Shown here piece after piece: positions 1 to 8,549 of a stretch of 13,869 nt of DNA. The position numbers were made by a program, and so were the translations under genes. The DNA is from a virus. Its lineage: Duplodnaviria > Heunggongvirae > Uroviricota > Caudoviricetes. The stretch lies in the IMG/VR virus record IMGVR_UViG_2606217100_000003; one strand, 5' to 3'. Numbering within the stretch: position 1 is the stretch's first letter; each line of letters starts with the position of its first letter. The notes beneath the pieces were generated by a model. It had not been told where the DNA came from. It searched no databases and saw nothing but the letters and a program-made list of their open reading frames with translations.

Positions 1-750
1 TCAGTCAATTGTTTTGTTTATTCCATCTGTGACGCCGATTATTTTCTCAAAATAATGAGATGGCGTGACACCATAATAATCTTTAAATGCACATATGAAA
101 TATGAAGTACTGTTATAGCCACATTTCTGGGCTACGACATTGATAGAATAAGAGTTTGAAGTTATGAGTTTTTTTGCATACCTCATCCTAGTATCTCTCA
201 ATATTTCAGTAAATGACGTTCCTTCATCCCTTAATCTTTTTTTTATTAAACTTTCACTCGTATAAATCAATTCCGCAATATCTTTTAAATGCCATTGCCG
301 CTCAATATTAAAACTGATTATTCCAGTAATTTTACAGGTAAATGTATTTATATTTGTTAGTATAAAAGAATTTACACTTTCGCGTTTTTTGAACATGGCA
401 AGTAAGGATATACATAGTCTTTCTTTTAACCAAAGGGAGTGTGAGTCTGCTATTTTAATCCCTTCAAACAGAGAAAAAACAAGCGATAATGGAGGTTCCT
501 CTTCAGCAATATAGCCATTCTTATCAAGAGTAAATTTGCCAGGCAGCTCATTATTCACGTCGATAAAAAAGGATAAACATGTTTTCTTATCTATATCAAC
601 AATTCTTAGTTTAGAGGGGCATACTGGTAACTCCCTTCTAATTTTGTCGCTTACAATAAACAATGAATTTTTTTTGAACGAGATAACTCTCCTGTTTATA
701 ATTAAATCAAATGATTGACAGATGAAAACTACGGAGCAAACATAATCCAT
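1..750 (-). CDS. appY: AraC-family transcriptional activator AppY
   Basis: 249-aa ORF with ATG at 750-748 and stop at the window edge. The protein matches my memory of E. coli AppY along its length, including the C-terminal AraC-type HTH region. In K-12 appY lies at the late end of DLP12. Confidence 0.85.
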
Positions 751-1295
751 CTTGCACCTATCATAAAATTAAAACAAGTTGATAGCAGTCAAATAACAAC
801 CAATTAAATACACAATCATAATCAGGATGATGTGCATTTATATTTTTATACACAAAATTATAGTTTGCAAATTTTAATAAATTTCATTTAAGATTAAATT
901 ATTATATGTATATTGTTTTTTATTCTAACGTATTTCAAAGTTACATTTTTCAACGCTTACTATACTTTTTATTAACATAAACTCACTACAACGCACCTGA
1001 AACCTCTTGCTATATATATGTCAACCGTTTGAATTTAAAATAAAAAGAGTATCATTTTTACTTGCATTTCTTATCAAGTCACATTCAACAACAGTAAAAA
1101 AACATTATTAGAACCATTCAATTAACAAAAAACCAACATCCAGCTTGCTTAATTTTTCTTTATTAAACGATATTGAAAATCAATTGATAAAATACATCTA
1201 AACAACCTTTTGGGGCGCAAAAGCATAACATCAAACAAACAAATAACACACCGAAAAAACTCACAATTAATAACCTATGATATACATACTGTTTA
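751..1295. promoter_or_regulatory. AT-rich appY upstream/promoter region, probable H-NS-silenced
   Basis: About 545 bp of very AT-rich, A-tract-rich non-coding DNA between the appY start and the end of the tfa remnant. H-NS repression of appY is established knowledge; no specific promoter elements were mapped. Confidence 0.35.
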
Positions 1296-2459
1296 TTATG
1301 GTTGAATAAGCCACTCGATATCTGGTGCTACGGAAGTGTCCACACGGTTTAGCAGCACCCGATACTTTTTTCAGGCTTCCAGCAACGATCTTTCTTCCTC
1401 CGTTGCGATTTCCAGATCTACAGCATCCTGCAGTGGCGCAATATACGCACTGAATTCCTGGATGTAGAACTGTGTGGTGACGGTCTTCCAGCCATTCGGC
1501 TCCTGCTGTATTGAAGCATACCAGGCTGACGAAAACCAGAGAATGCCATCACGGGTCCAGATCCCGGTCTTTTCGCAGATATAACGGGCATCAGTAAAGT
1601 CCAGCTCCTGCTGGCGGATGACGCAGGCATTATGCTCGCAGAGATAAAACACGCTGGAGGGGTCATCCGGCGTCCATTTGAGGCCAAACGGCGTCTCTTT
1701 GTCGCCAAATTTAAGATACTGCTCCTCCCCGCAGTGCGGGCAGGCAACATGAAAACGCATAAAATGCGGGGATTCACTGGCTGCACGCTCAATCTGGCAG
1801 GTGCCTCTCACTTTGGGCGTGGAGCCACGGATGGACTTTGGCCAGACCGAGCCTTCAATACGTTTGTCGCCAAGGAACGTCGGAGAGCCTTCCTGTTCAA
1901 TATCCTCATCAAAGGCAGCAAGTTCATCATAACCCGCCACATCCACCGACTTTTCACGGTAGTTTTTTGCCGCTTTACCGCCCAGGCACCAGAAGCCACG
2001 CCCATTAGTGAAACGCTTCATGGTGAGCGTGTTATCCCGGTGCTTTTTGCCATACCACGGGGCCAGCGCCAGCAGCGACGGAATATCACGAATAGTCGGC
2101 TCAACGTGGGTTTTCATAAAGTTCTCGGCATCACCATCCGTCGGCAACCAGATAAGGGTGTTGCGCTGCTTATGCTCTATGAAGTAGGCATAAACACCCA
2201 ACAGCATTTTGGAATAACCAACACGGGCAGACTTCACCACATTCACCTCGCGGATGTAGTCGCTGCCCATCGCATTCATGATGGCCCGCTGAAAGGGCAG
2301 TGTTTCCCAGCGCCCTTCCTGGTATGCGGATTCTTTCGGGAGATAGTAATTAGCATCCGCCCATTCAACGGCGGTCTGTGGCTCCGGCCTGAACAGTGAG
2401 CGAAGCCCGGCGCGGACAAAATGCCGCAGCCTGTTAACCTGACTGTTCGATATATTCAC
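1296..2459 (-). pseudogene. Terminase large subunit (lambda gpA) N-terminal fragment fused to a tail-fibre-assembly (tfa) 3' fragment; aaaD/tfaD-like remnant
   Basis: The ORF 2459..1371 (GTG start, as in lambda A) matches lambda gpA from MNISNSQVNRLRHF through about residue 305 (GILWFSS). It then switches to a sequence matching the lambda Tfa C-terminal region (IAPLQDAVDLEIATEEERSLLEA). A TGA at 1373-1371 sits where Tfa has Trp, and the frame continues (KKYRVLLNRVDTS...) to TAA at 1298-1296. Confidence 0.8.
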
Positions 2460-2979
2460 TCAGCAACCCCGGTATCAGTTCATCCAGCGCGGCTGCTTTG
2501 TTCATGGCTTTGATGATATCCCGTTTAAGGAAATCAACATGTCGGTTTTCCAGTTCCGGAAAACGCCGCTGCACCGACAGGGGGATCCCGTCGAGAATAC
2601 TGGCAATTTCACCTGCGATCCGCGACAACACGAAAGTACAGAATGCGGTTTCCACCACTTCAGCGGAGTCTCTGGCATTCTTCAGTTCCTGTGCGTCGGC
2701 CTGCGCACGCGTAAGTCGATGGCGTTCGTACTCAATAGTTCCTGGCTGGAGATCTGTCTCGCTGGCCTGCCGCAGTTCTTCAACTTCCCGGCGCAGCTTT
2801 TCGTTCTCAATTTCAGCATCCCTTTCGGCATACCATCTTATAACGGCGGCAGAGTCATAAAGCACCTCATTACCCTTGCCACCGCCTCGCAGAACGGGCA
2901 TTCCCTGTTCCTGCCAGTTCTGAATGGTACGGATACTCGCACCGAAAATGTCAGCCAGCTGCTTTTTGTTGACTTCCAT
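2434..2979 (-). CDS. nohD: Terminase small subunit (lambda Nu1 homologue)
   Basis: 181-aa ORF with ATG at 2979, near-identical to lambda Nu1 as I recall it (MEVNKKQLADIFGASIRTIQNWQEQGMPVLRGGGKGNEVLYDSAAV...). Its 3' end overlaps the GTG start of the A fragment as in lambda. Confidence 0.9.
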   Translation of the reverse strand: MEVNKKQLADIFGASIRTIQNWQEQGMPVLRGGGKGNEVLYDSAAVIRWYAERDAEIENEKLRREVEELRQASETDLQPGTIEYERHRLTRAQADAQELKNARDSAEVVETAFCTFVLSRIAGEIASILDGIPLSVQRRFPELENRHVDFLKRDIIKAMNKAAALDELIPGLLSEYIEQSG

Positions 2980-3200
2980 TGTTCATTCCACGGCCAAAAA
3001 CAGAGAAAGGAAACGACAGAGGCCCAAAAGCTCGTTTTCAGCACCTGTCGTTTCCTTTCTTTTCAGGGGGTATTTTAAATAAAAACATTAAGTTACGACG
3101 AAGAAGAACGGAAATGCCTTAAACCGGAAAATTTTCATAAATAGCGAAAACCCGCGAGGTCGCCGCCCCGTAACCTGTCGGATCGCCGGAAAGGACCCGC
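2980..3200. other. cos packaging site (cosB-cosN-cosQ), lambda type
   Basis: The reverse complement of 2980-3168 reads like the first ~190 bp of the lambda genome (GGGCGGCGACCTCGCGGGTTTTCGCTATTTATGAAAATTTTCCGGTTTAAGGC...). The 12-nt cohesive-end sequence is at 3157-3168 (plus strand aggtcgccgccc). The adjacent cgtaacctgtcggatcgccgga matches the lambda right end (cosQ side). Confidence 0.8.
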
Positions 3201-3204
3201 AAAA

Positions 3205-3219
3205 TGATAATGATTATCA
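3205..3219. promoter_or_regulatory. Perfect 7-1-7 inverted repeat TGATAATgATTATCA (Fur-box-like), function unverified
   Basis: tgataatgattatca is a perfect palindrome matching the 7-1-7 Fur-box motif TGATAATnATTATCA. It lies about 150 bp upstream of the plus-strand small ORF/ybcV genes and just beyond cosQ. A near-identical palindrome is present at the lambda right end, so it may instead belong to the packaging region. Confidence 0.3.
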
Positions 3220-3367
3220 TCTACATGTCACAACGTGCATCTACGCCATCAAACCACGTCAAATAATCAATTATGACGCAGGTATCGTATTAATTGATCT
3301 GCATCAACTTAACGTAAAAACAACTTCAGACAATACAAATCAGCGACACTGAATACGGGACAACCTC

Positions 3368-3601
3368 ATGTCAACGAAGAACAGAACCCGCAGAACAACA
3401 ACCCGCAACATCCGCTTTCCTAACCAAATGATTGAACAAATTAACATCGCTCTTGATCAAAAAGGGTCCGGGAATTTCTCAGCCTGGGTCATTGAAGCCT
3501 GCCGCCGGAGACTGTGCTCAGAAAAAAGAGTTTCTCCTGAAGCAAACAAAGAAAAGAGTGACATTACTGAATTGCTCAGAAAACAGATCAGACCAGATTG
3601 A
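3368..3601 (+). CDS. Small basic protein with ribbon-helix-helix-like region (lambda right-end ORF homologue; ylcI/ybcW-like)
   Basis: 77-aa ORF with ATG at 3368. IRFPNQMIEQINIALDQKGSGNFSAWVIEACRRRL resembles an RHH (Arc/CopG-like) beta-strand plus two helices. The same coding sequence is present near the lambda right end as far as I recall. The SD is weak. Confidence 0.55.
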   Translation: MSTKNRTRRTTTRNIRFPNQMIEQINIALDQKGSGNFSAWVIEACRRRLCSEKRVSPEANKEKSDITELLRKQIRPD

Positions 3602-3657
3602 AGAAATTTAGATAATCGTGCAGACTACACCCCTCATATCACATGGAAGGTACTACA

Positions 3658-4068
3658 ATGGCTCAGGTTGCCATTTTTAAACAAATATTCGATAAAGTGC
3701 GAAATAATTTAAACTATCACTGGTTTTATTCTGAACTAAAACGTCACAATGTCTCACATTACATTTACTATTTAGCCACAGAGAATATTCATCTTGTTCT
3801 TGAAAACGATAATACGGTTTTAATAAAAGGACAGGGTAAGGTTGTAAATGTAAGATTTTCAAAAAATAAATGCCTTATAGAAGCCACCTTAAAAGGATTC
3901 AAATCAGGAGAGTTATCATTTTACGAATACAGGAAAAATCTTGCTACAGCAGGGGTTTTCAGATGGATTACAAATATCCACGAAAACAAAAGGTATTACT
4001 ATACCTTTGATAATTCATTACTCTTTACTGAGAACATTCAGAACACTACACAAATATTTCCGCACTAA
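3658..4068 (+). CDS. ybcV: DUF1398-family prophage protein YbcV
   Basis: ORF 3643..4068; the second ATG at 3658 has a good SD (ggaagg) and gives 136 aa, MAQVAIFK..., matching my memory of K-12 YbcV. It is on the strand opposite to the late genes, as in DLP12. Confidence 0.8.
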   Translation: MAQVAIFKQIFDKVRNNLNYHWFYSELKRHNVSHYIYYLATENIHLVLENDNTVLIKGQGKVVNVRFSKNKCLIEATLKGFKSGELSFYEYRKNLATAGVFRWITNIHENKRYYYTFDNSLLFTENIQNTTQIFPH

Positions 4069-4113
4069 ATCATAACGTCCGGTTTCTTCCGTGCCAGAAC
4101 CGGACTCGCTGGC

Positions 4114-4278
4114 ATGATGAAATATGTGTACCCGGTAACCCCGGTGTGCATCGTTTTTGATTATTCCCACACACTCGCGCAGAAGGAGTTCCCCGTCGGG
4201 CTACGGTCTCTGTTAATACGGGAATACGGCGACGATACAGCGCATGATGTGTCAGGCTTGAATACCTTTATCCTTTAA
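4114..4278 (+). CDS. Hypothetical small protein (54 aa)
   Basis: Hand-translated ORF missing from the >=60-aa track: MMKYVYPVTPVCIVFDYSHTLAQKEFPVGLRSLLIREYGDDTAHDVSGLNTFIL, stop TAA at 4276-4278. It lies downstream of ybcV on the same strand; there is no homology evidence. Confidence 0.3.
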   Translation: MMKYVYPVTPVCIVFDYSHTLAQKEFPVGLRSLLIREYGDDTAHDVSGLNTFIL

Positions 4279-4324
4279 AAGGGATATCAGTTAAGTTATC
4301 CCGTGTAGGGTATAAGCCATTATC

Positions 4325-4353
4325 AAAGCCACTCTGTAGGAAGTGGCTTTTGT
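4325..4353 (+). terminator. Putative intrinsic terminator of the plus-strand ybcV operon
   Basis: Hairpin aaagccact / ctgtagga / agtggcttt (9-bp stem) followed by tgt; the U-tail is weak. Confidence 0.3.
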
Positions 4354-4559
4354 AATGGCAATAAAAAGCCCCGCGAATGCGAGGCTAAATCCTGGTATTT
4401 GTAATGACTGGCTCTTATCTCAACGCAGCCCCTTACCGCGCGCAAAATGCTCAATATCAAGCATCAGCAATGAGATGTTTAATCTGGATTCACTCCAGAA
4501 GTGAGCACCACCCTGTCTACAGAGCCAGATGTGAAGGATGATGAGTAAAATTATCGCTA

Positions 4560-5027
4560 TCATCGAAGGCATTGCGTCCTGATGTATTCCTGAAGCGTTC
4601 TCAGTGCTGTTTGGTCGCGGATAATTCCGTCCCGGATACCGAGAACGTTTCGTCCAGCAACTGGAGAGAGTTCGACGGTGGCATCATTGCCCATGCCGGA
4701 GGCGCTGGAGGTTTCGGCTGAGGATGGCACAGGGCATTTTCCTTTGACGAGCACCCGACCACCATTATCAAGCTTGCGCCGAAGAGCATCATTTTCAGCT
4801 TTCGCATCAGCTAACTCCTTCGTGTATTTATCATCGAGTGCATCAGCATCACGCTGGCGCTGCTGCATGTCAGTAATGGTGGCGTTCGCCTTCTCCAGTT
4901 CACTGGCCTTGTTATCGCGCTGTTCTTTGTAGGCGATTGCATTATCACGGTAATGATTAACAGCCCATGACAGGCAGACGATGATGCAGATAACCAGAGC
5001 GGAGATAATCGCGGTTACCCTGCTCAT
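4560..5027 (-). CDS. rzpD: Spanin inner-membrane subunit (Rz, i-spanin)
   Basis: The track ORF is 4560..5039; the likely start is ATG at 5027 ([30 protein letters not shown]..., as lambda Rz begins), overlapping the endolysin stop as ATGA. It has an N-terminal TM segment and a coiled-coil periplasmic domain. Confidence 0.85.
   Translation of the reverse strand: MSRVTAIISALVICIIVCLSWAVNHYRDNAIAYKEQRDNKASELEKANATITDMQQRQRDADALDDKYTKELADAKAENDALRRKLDNGGRVLVKGKCPVPSSAETSSASGMGNDATVELSPVAGRNVLGIRDGIIRDQTALRTLQEYIRTQCLR
4601..4807 (-). CDS. rzoD: Spanin outer-membrane lipoprotein subunit (Rz1, o-spanin), embedded in the +1 frame of Rz
   Basis: 68-aa ORF fully inside Rz in another frame, with SD aaggag 7 nt upstream of ATG 4807. 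It has a lipoprotein signal ending in the lipobox-like VVGC and a proline-rich mature part ([11 protein letters not shown]), like lambda Rz1. Confidence 0.75.
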   Translation of the reverse strand: MRKLKMMLFGASLIMVVGCSSKENALCHPQPKPPAPPAWAMMPPSNSLQLLDETFSVSGTELSATKQH

Positions 5028-5521
5028 TGTTGCCCCCACAAACAGACCTCACGCTCAATCTCACGACGAGTCATCAGGCCTTTCCATTGCTTACCGCCAG
5101 CGTATGCCCAGCGACGTAGCTGGTCACATGCGCCCTTGATATCGCCCTGGTTTATTTTGCGAAGAAGAGTAGATGTTCTGAAATTGCCTGCGCCCACGTT
5201 ATAGACGAACGAGTAAAGAGCGCCGCGCGTTGTTTCCGGTATATCGACTTTGATGTACGGGTTAATTTGTCTGGCTACCGTGGCAAGGTCTTTATTCAGG
5301 AGGGCTTTGCATTCTGCTTCGGTATACGTTTTACCGGGAATGATGTCTTTTCCTGTATGCCCGTAATATACAGTCCATACACCAACTATGTCTTTGTAAG
5401 GATTATGTCTCACACCTTCCAGACCATCGTTACCACTTGGGCCAGTGATTAACACAGATGCTATAGCAATAGCCCCGCCACCAATAGCAGCAGCAACAGC
5501 TTTTCGTAATGATGGAGGCAT
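5024..5521 (-). CDS. rrrD: SAR endolysin (phage 21 R-type lysozyme)
   Basis: 165-aa ORF with a Gly/Ala-rich signal-anchor-release N-terminus ([20 protein letters not shown]), recognised as phage 21 R21/RrrD-like. Its start overlaps the holin stop. Confidence 0.9.
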   Translation of the reverse strand: MPPSLRKAVAAAIGGGAIAIASVLITGPSGNDGLEGVRHNPYKDIVGVWTVYYGHTGKDIIPGKTYTEAECKALLNKDLATVARQINPYIKVDIPETTRGALYSFVYNVGAGNFRTSTLLRKINQGDIKGACDQLRRWAYAGGKQWKGLMTRREIEREVCLWGQQ

Positions 5522-5736
5522 TATCCACCTCTCGCAGCCTTGCGCTTATCTTCTTTAATCTTGAAATAAAGGTTTGTCAGGTACGTCAGCAGGCCAAATA
5601 CCAGGCTACCCAGCACACCTATTGCTGCCCACTGTGAGGGCGTGACTTTATCGAGCAGCTGTAAAAACCAGTACCCGGCACTACCTGCTGAGGTGCCATA
5701 GGCGACACCCGTTGTTAACTTATCCATGGATTTCAT
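5521..5736 (-). CDS. essD: Class II holin/pinholin (phage 21 S-type) with dual-start motif
   Basis: 71-aa [27 protein letters not shown]... with two TM segments, matching S21 from memory. The MKSM dual start (Met1 antiholin / Met4 holin) is present, with SD gaggtg upstream. Confidence 0.9.
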
Positions 5737-5847
5737 AACCCCACCTCGCAGACAAAGCGGGTGTAAATTGAGGGAATACTACGAAACGTAACAGACTCGG
5801 AGTCAGTGAATAACTCAGGTATTGGGTTATCAGCTAATATCGAGACT

Positions 5848-5880
5848 CAAAAAATGGAAAAACCCGCTCGACGGCGGGTT
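5848..5880 (-). terminator. Intrinsic terminator acting on minus-strand transcripts upstream of the lysis cassette (tR'-like?)
   Basis: Plus strand aacccgc-tcgacg-gcgggtt (7-bp GC-rich stem, 5861-5880). On the minus strand the hairpin is followed by tttccatttttt. It sits about 125 nt upstream of the essD start. Confidence 0.5.
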
Positions 5881-6309
5881 TAAGCTGTGTGACGAAGTAA
5901 CCACTCTTAACAGCATAACCAATTTTTTACGTACGTAAACCACTAAATGATATTTGCGAGAATGCTACCGAGTATTGAAAACACCACTACAAATACATAA
6001 GCAAATCTCAACAAATAACCAACAAATAATTTCCAGCGTTATTTTTAGCCAATTTAAATTGAACCTTCAAATTATAGAGCGCTTATAAATAACAGCCATT
6101 AATATAAATTGGCTAATAGATTTATTTTTATTCAGCCAAGAGCCATGAATAGGATTCGATAGAAAAAAGTTCAGATAAAAATAGAGATCTACTTCACAAA
6201 TTAAACGAGAAACCAAAACTTACATCTTGAAATAATCACATTGATTAGATGAATATTTATCGCGCAGTGACATCATTTTTTAATAATAGTTCAAAAAAAA
6301 GGGCTCACG
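5881..6309. promoter_or_regulatory. AT-rich porin promoter/5' leader region, possibly also carrying a divergent late promoter
   Basis: About 430 bp AT-rich intergenic region upstream of the porin gene. It contains an imperfect 13-bp inverted repeat, gccaatttaaatt (6048-6060) and aatataaattggc (6101-6113). No promoter hexamers were confidently assigned. Confidence 0.3.
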
Positions 6310-7392
6310 ATGAAAAAATTAACAGTGGCAATTTCTGCTGTAGCTGCATCAGTACTGATGGCGATGTCTGCTCAGGCAGCTGAAATTTATAATAAAGACA
6401 GTAACAAGCTGGATCTGTACGGGAAAGTTAATGCTAAGCACTACTTCTCCTCTAATGATGCAGATGATGGTGATACTACTTATGCCCGTCTTGGCTTCAA
6501 AGGTGAAACCCAAATCAACGATCAACTGACTGGTTTCGGTCAGTGGGAATATGAATTCAAAGGCAACCGCGCTGAATCTCAAGGTTCCTCCAAAGATAAA
6601 ACCCGTCTTGCCTTCGCTGGCCTGAAATTCGGTGACTACGGCTCCATCGATTATGGCCGTAACTACGGTGTAGCATACGATATTGGTGCATGGACCGACG
6701 TTCTGCCAGAATTCGGTGGCGATACCTGGACCCAAACAGATGTATTCATGACTGGTCGCACCACAGGTGTTGCAACTTATCGTAACAACGACTTCTTTGG
6801 TCTGGTTGATGGCCTGAACTTTGCAGCTCAGTATCAGGGCAAAAATGACCGAAAAGAAGTAACTGAAGCTAATGGCGATGGTTTCGGTTTCTCAACTACT
6901 TATGAGTATGAAGGATTCGGCGTGGGTGCAACCTATGCTAAATCTGATCGCACTAATAATCAGGTTATCTACGGTAACAACGGTCTGAATGCTTCTGGTC
7001 AAAATGCTGAAGTATGGGCAGCTGGTCTGAAATATGATGCGAACAACATCTATCTGGCCACCACCTATTCTGAAACCCAGAACATGACTGTTTTTGGTAA
7101 TAACCATATTGCCAACAAAGCACAAAACTTCGAAGCTGTTGCACAATATCAGTTCGACTTCGGCCTGCGTCCATCCGTTGCTTACCTGCATTCTAAAGGA
7201 AAAGACTTGGGTGTTTGGGGTGATCAGGACCTGGTTGAATATGTTGATGTAGGTGCAACCTATTACTTCAACAAAAATATGTCCACTTTTGTTGACTACA
7301 AAATCAACCTGATTGATAAGAGCGATTTCACGAAAGCATCTGGCGTTGCTACCGATGATATCGTTGCTGTAGGTATGGTTTACCAGTTCTAA
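6310..7392 (+). CDS. nmpC: Outer-membrane general porin, OmpC family (prophage NmpC/Lc-type), apparently intact
   Basis: 360-aa ORF with signal peptide [23 protein letters not shown], then [17 protein letters not shown]... and a C-terminal ...VGMVYQF ending in the terminal Phe typical of porins. It resembles OmpC throughout and is not interrupted by an insertion sequence. Confidence 0.9.
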   Translation: MKKLTVAISAVAASVLMAMSAQAAEIYNKDSNKLDLYGKVNAKHYFSSNDADDGDTTYARLGFKGETQINDQLTGFGQWEYEFKGNRAESQGSSKDKTRLAFAGLKFGDYGSIDYGRNYGVAYDIGAWTDVLPEFGGDTWTQTDVFMTGRTTGVATYRNNDFFGLVDGLNFAAQYQGKNDRKEVTEANGDGFGFSTTYEYEGFGVGATYAKSDRTNNQVIYGNNGLNASGQNAEVWAAGLKYDANNIYLATTYSETQNMTVFGNNHIANKAQNFEAVAQYQFDFGLRPSVAYLHSKGKDLGVWGDQDLVEYVDVGATYYFNKNMSTFVDYKINLIDKSDFTKASGVATDDIVAVGMVYQF

Positions 7393-7556
7393 TTTGATTA
7401 CTAAAAGATATGTTGTGGGAGACTTTGCCTCCCCAACATATAAGTGGCTCCCTCAAGCCACTTCCTTTAGAAGCACAACCTTGCTTCTAACTATACAAAC
7501 CTTCTGTTATATATTACCCTTTATTTTTGGGGGCGTTTCAACGCCCCATTTTTAAT
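7393..7556 (+). ncRNA. ipeX: Structured porin 3'UTR, candidate IpeX-like regulatory RNA
   Basis: About 164 nt between the porin stop and its terminator contains three further hairpins: 7409-7441 (atatgttgtgggag/ctccccaacatat), 7442-7463 (aagtggc/gccactt) and 7469-7488 (agaagca/tgcttct). IpeX was described in the nmpC 3'UTR of DLP12/PA-2 (from memory); identity was not verified. Confidence 0.45.
7529..7556 (+). terminator. Intrinsic terminator of the porin transcript
   Basis: gggggcgtt-tc-aacgcccc hairpin (8-bp GC-rich stem) followed by atttttaat. Confidence 0.6.
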
Positions 7557-7580
7557 AACTTTTAGTAAATAATTGGCGTA

Positions 7581-7964
7581 TTAATTAGAGTTATTAACAA
7601 CGATATCCATCTCTAACCGGATATCTAATGCCATTAACATCCCTTCAATTATGCCCTCAGCCTTTTGTAACCTTTTCCCGATATAACCATCAGAGCAGCA
7701 ATGCTTACCTGCCAGTGACATGAATGTCATACCGACTACATAATAATCTACTAATAAATCGTGCAAATCGCTGTTGTTCTTTTTCAGACGGGCCATGCAC
7801 CCGCAAATGATCATCGCGTCATCGTCACAACATTGCGGGCGAGATTTTACTTTTGAAGGAATTAATCCCTTAAAACCGGCGGCAATGGACGACCAGGTCA
7901 CATCTTCATGATTATTAGCCGCCCACGCTCCCCAACGCTCAAGAACCATCTGAATATCACGCAT
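7581..7964 (-). CDS. quuD: Late-gene antiterminator Q (phage 21/82-type)
   Basis: The track ORF 7581..7979 begins with TTG; ATG at 7964 gives 127 aa, [24 protein letters not shown]..., matching my memory of K-12 QuuD, with cysteine-rich segments (CCDDD, CGC, HCC). Confidence 0.85.
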   Translation of the reverse strand: MRDIQMVLERWGAWAANNHEDVTWSSIAAGFKGLIPSKVKSRPQCCDDDAMIICGCMARLKKNNSDLHDLLVDYYVVGMTFMSLAGKHCCSDGYIGKRLQKAEGIIEGMLMALDIRLEMDIVVNNSN

Positions 7965-8049
7965 CAACTTACTCCACAAAAATCAGACCAGAACGCCAAT
8001 TACAAGCAAAAATCAACAAAACAGTATTAGTTGATTGTTATCTCTGACT

Positions 8050-8172
8050 TCATACTCCTGCTCCTGTCAGGGTTTTGGCGTAATTCTTCAGTATTCGGTA
8101 ATCGGTCAAAACAGAACCGGGGAAACGATATAAGCGCAGATGCCCCCAGCGGTGGCGAAGAAGTTCTGCCAT
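8050..8172 (-). CDS. Hypothetical small protein (40 aa), possible ylcG-position ORF
   Basis: Hand-translated: MAELLRHRWGHLRLYRFPGSVLTDYRILKNYAKTLTGAGV, in the rusA-Q gap where K-12 has ylcG. The SD is weak and there is no homology evidence. Confidence 0.25.
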   Translation of the reverse strand: MAELLRHRWGHLRLYRFPGSVLTDYRILKNYAKTLTGAGV

Positions 8173-8186
8173 ATAAAACTCAAACA

Positions 8187-8549
8187 TCATTCATTCCCCA
8201 TTTCGGTGATGGTCAGTTCCAGCCTCCCACCTTTGGTAACAGGCATCTTCACAACGCGGTAATCAACGACCTGAGCATCATCCAGCCAGAAACCTGCTTT
8301 AGTGAGTGCGTCAAAAGCGGCTTTTTGCAGATTATCCAGGTCACGGCGACGGCGATCCGGCATGTGGAACTCAATGCGGATTTTCACAGGCATAGCCAGG
8401 CCGATATCCAGCATTGCGCTTTTAATGATTCGGGCGACGTTATCGCGGTATGCCTGCCCCTCTGCACTGACGTGCGTGCGCCCGCGATTATGGCGGTAAT
8501 AGCGATTATTGCTCGGAGGCCAGGGTAATGTGATACTGTAGGTATTCAC
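8187..8549 (-). CDS. rusA: Holliday-junction resolvase RusA
   Basis: 120-aa [40 protein letters not shown]..., matching RusA from memory. Its GTG start overlaps the ybcO stop (GTGA). Confidence 0.9.
   Translation of the reverse strand: MNTYSITLPWPPSNNRYYRHNRGRTHVSAEGQAYRDNVARIIKSAMLDIGLAMPVKIRIEFHMPDRRRRDLDNLQKAAFDALTKAGFWLDDAQVVDYRVVKMPVTKGGRLELTITEMGNE

Noticed and set aside
1320-1370. Hairpin followed by a T-run that looks like a plus-strand terminator
   Set aside because: It lies inside the continuing reading frame of the tfa remnant and no plus-strand gene is upstream; most likely a coding-sequence coincidence.
1632-2399. 255-aa plus-strand ORF
   Set aside because: Lies entirely antisense to the terminase-large-subunit fragment, whose minus-strand reading matches lambda gpA; it is an ORF shadow with no independent support.
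2498-3078. Plus-strand ORFs of 120 and 179 aa
   Set aside because: Antisense to nohD (Nu1), which is near-identical to the lambda protein. Their composition is Ser/Arg/Cys-rich and typical of non-coding frames.
4279-4559. Expected bor lipoprotein gene between Rz and ybcV
   Set aside because: Hand translation of several frames on both strands gave no signal-peptide-containing or Bor-like ORF; the longest is a 49-aa ORF from 4346 with no lipoprotein features. bor appears absent.
6349-7191. Minus-strand ORFs of 128, 99 and 69 aa
   Set aside because: All lie antisense within the porin gene, which has a signal peptide and full-length OmpC-like sequence.
4325-7463. Shared AGCCACT/AGTGGCT arms in the hairpins at 4325-4350 and 7442-7463, as a possible repeated element
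   Set aside because: Only a 7-8-bp palindromic core is shared, in opposite arm order and with unrelated loops and flanks; too short to call a repeat family without a genome-wide count.
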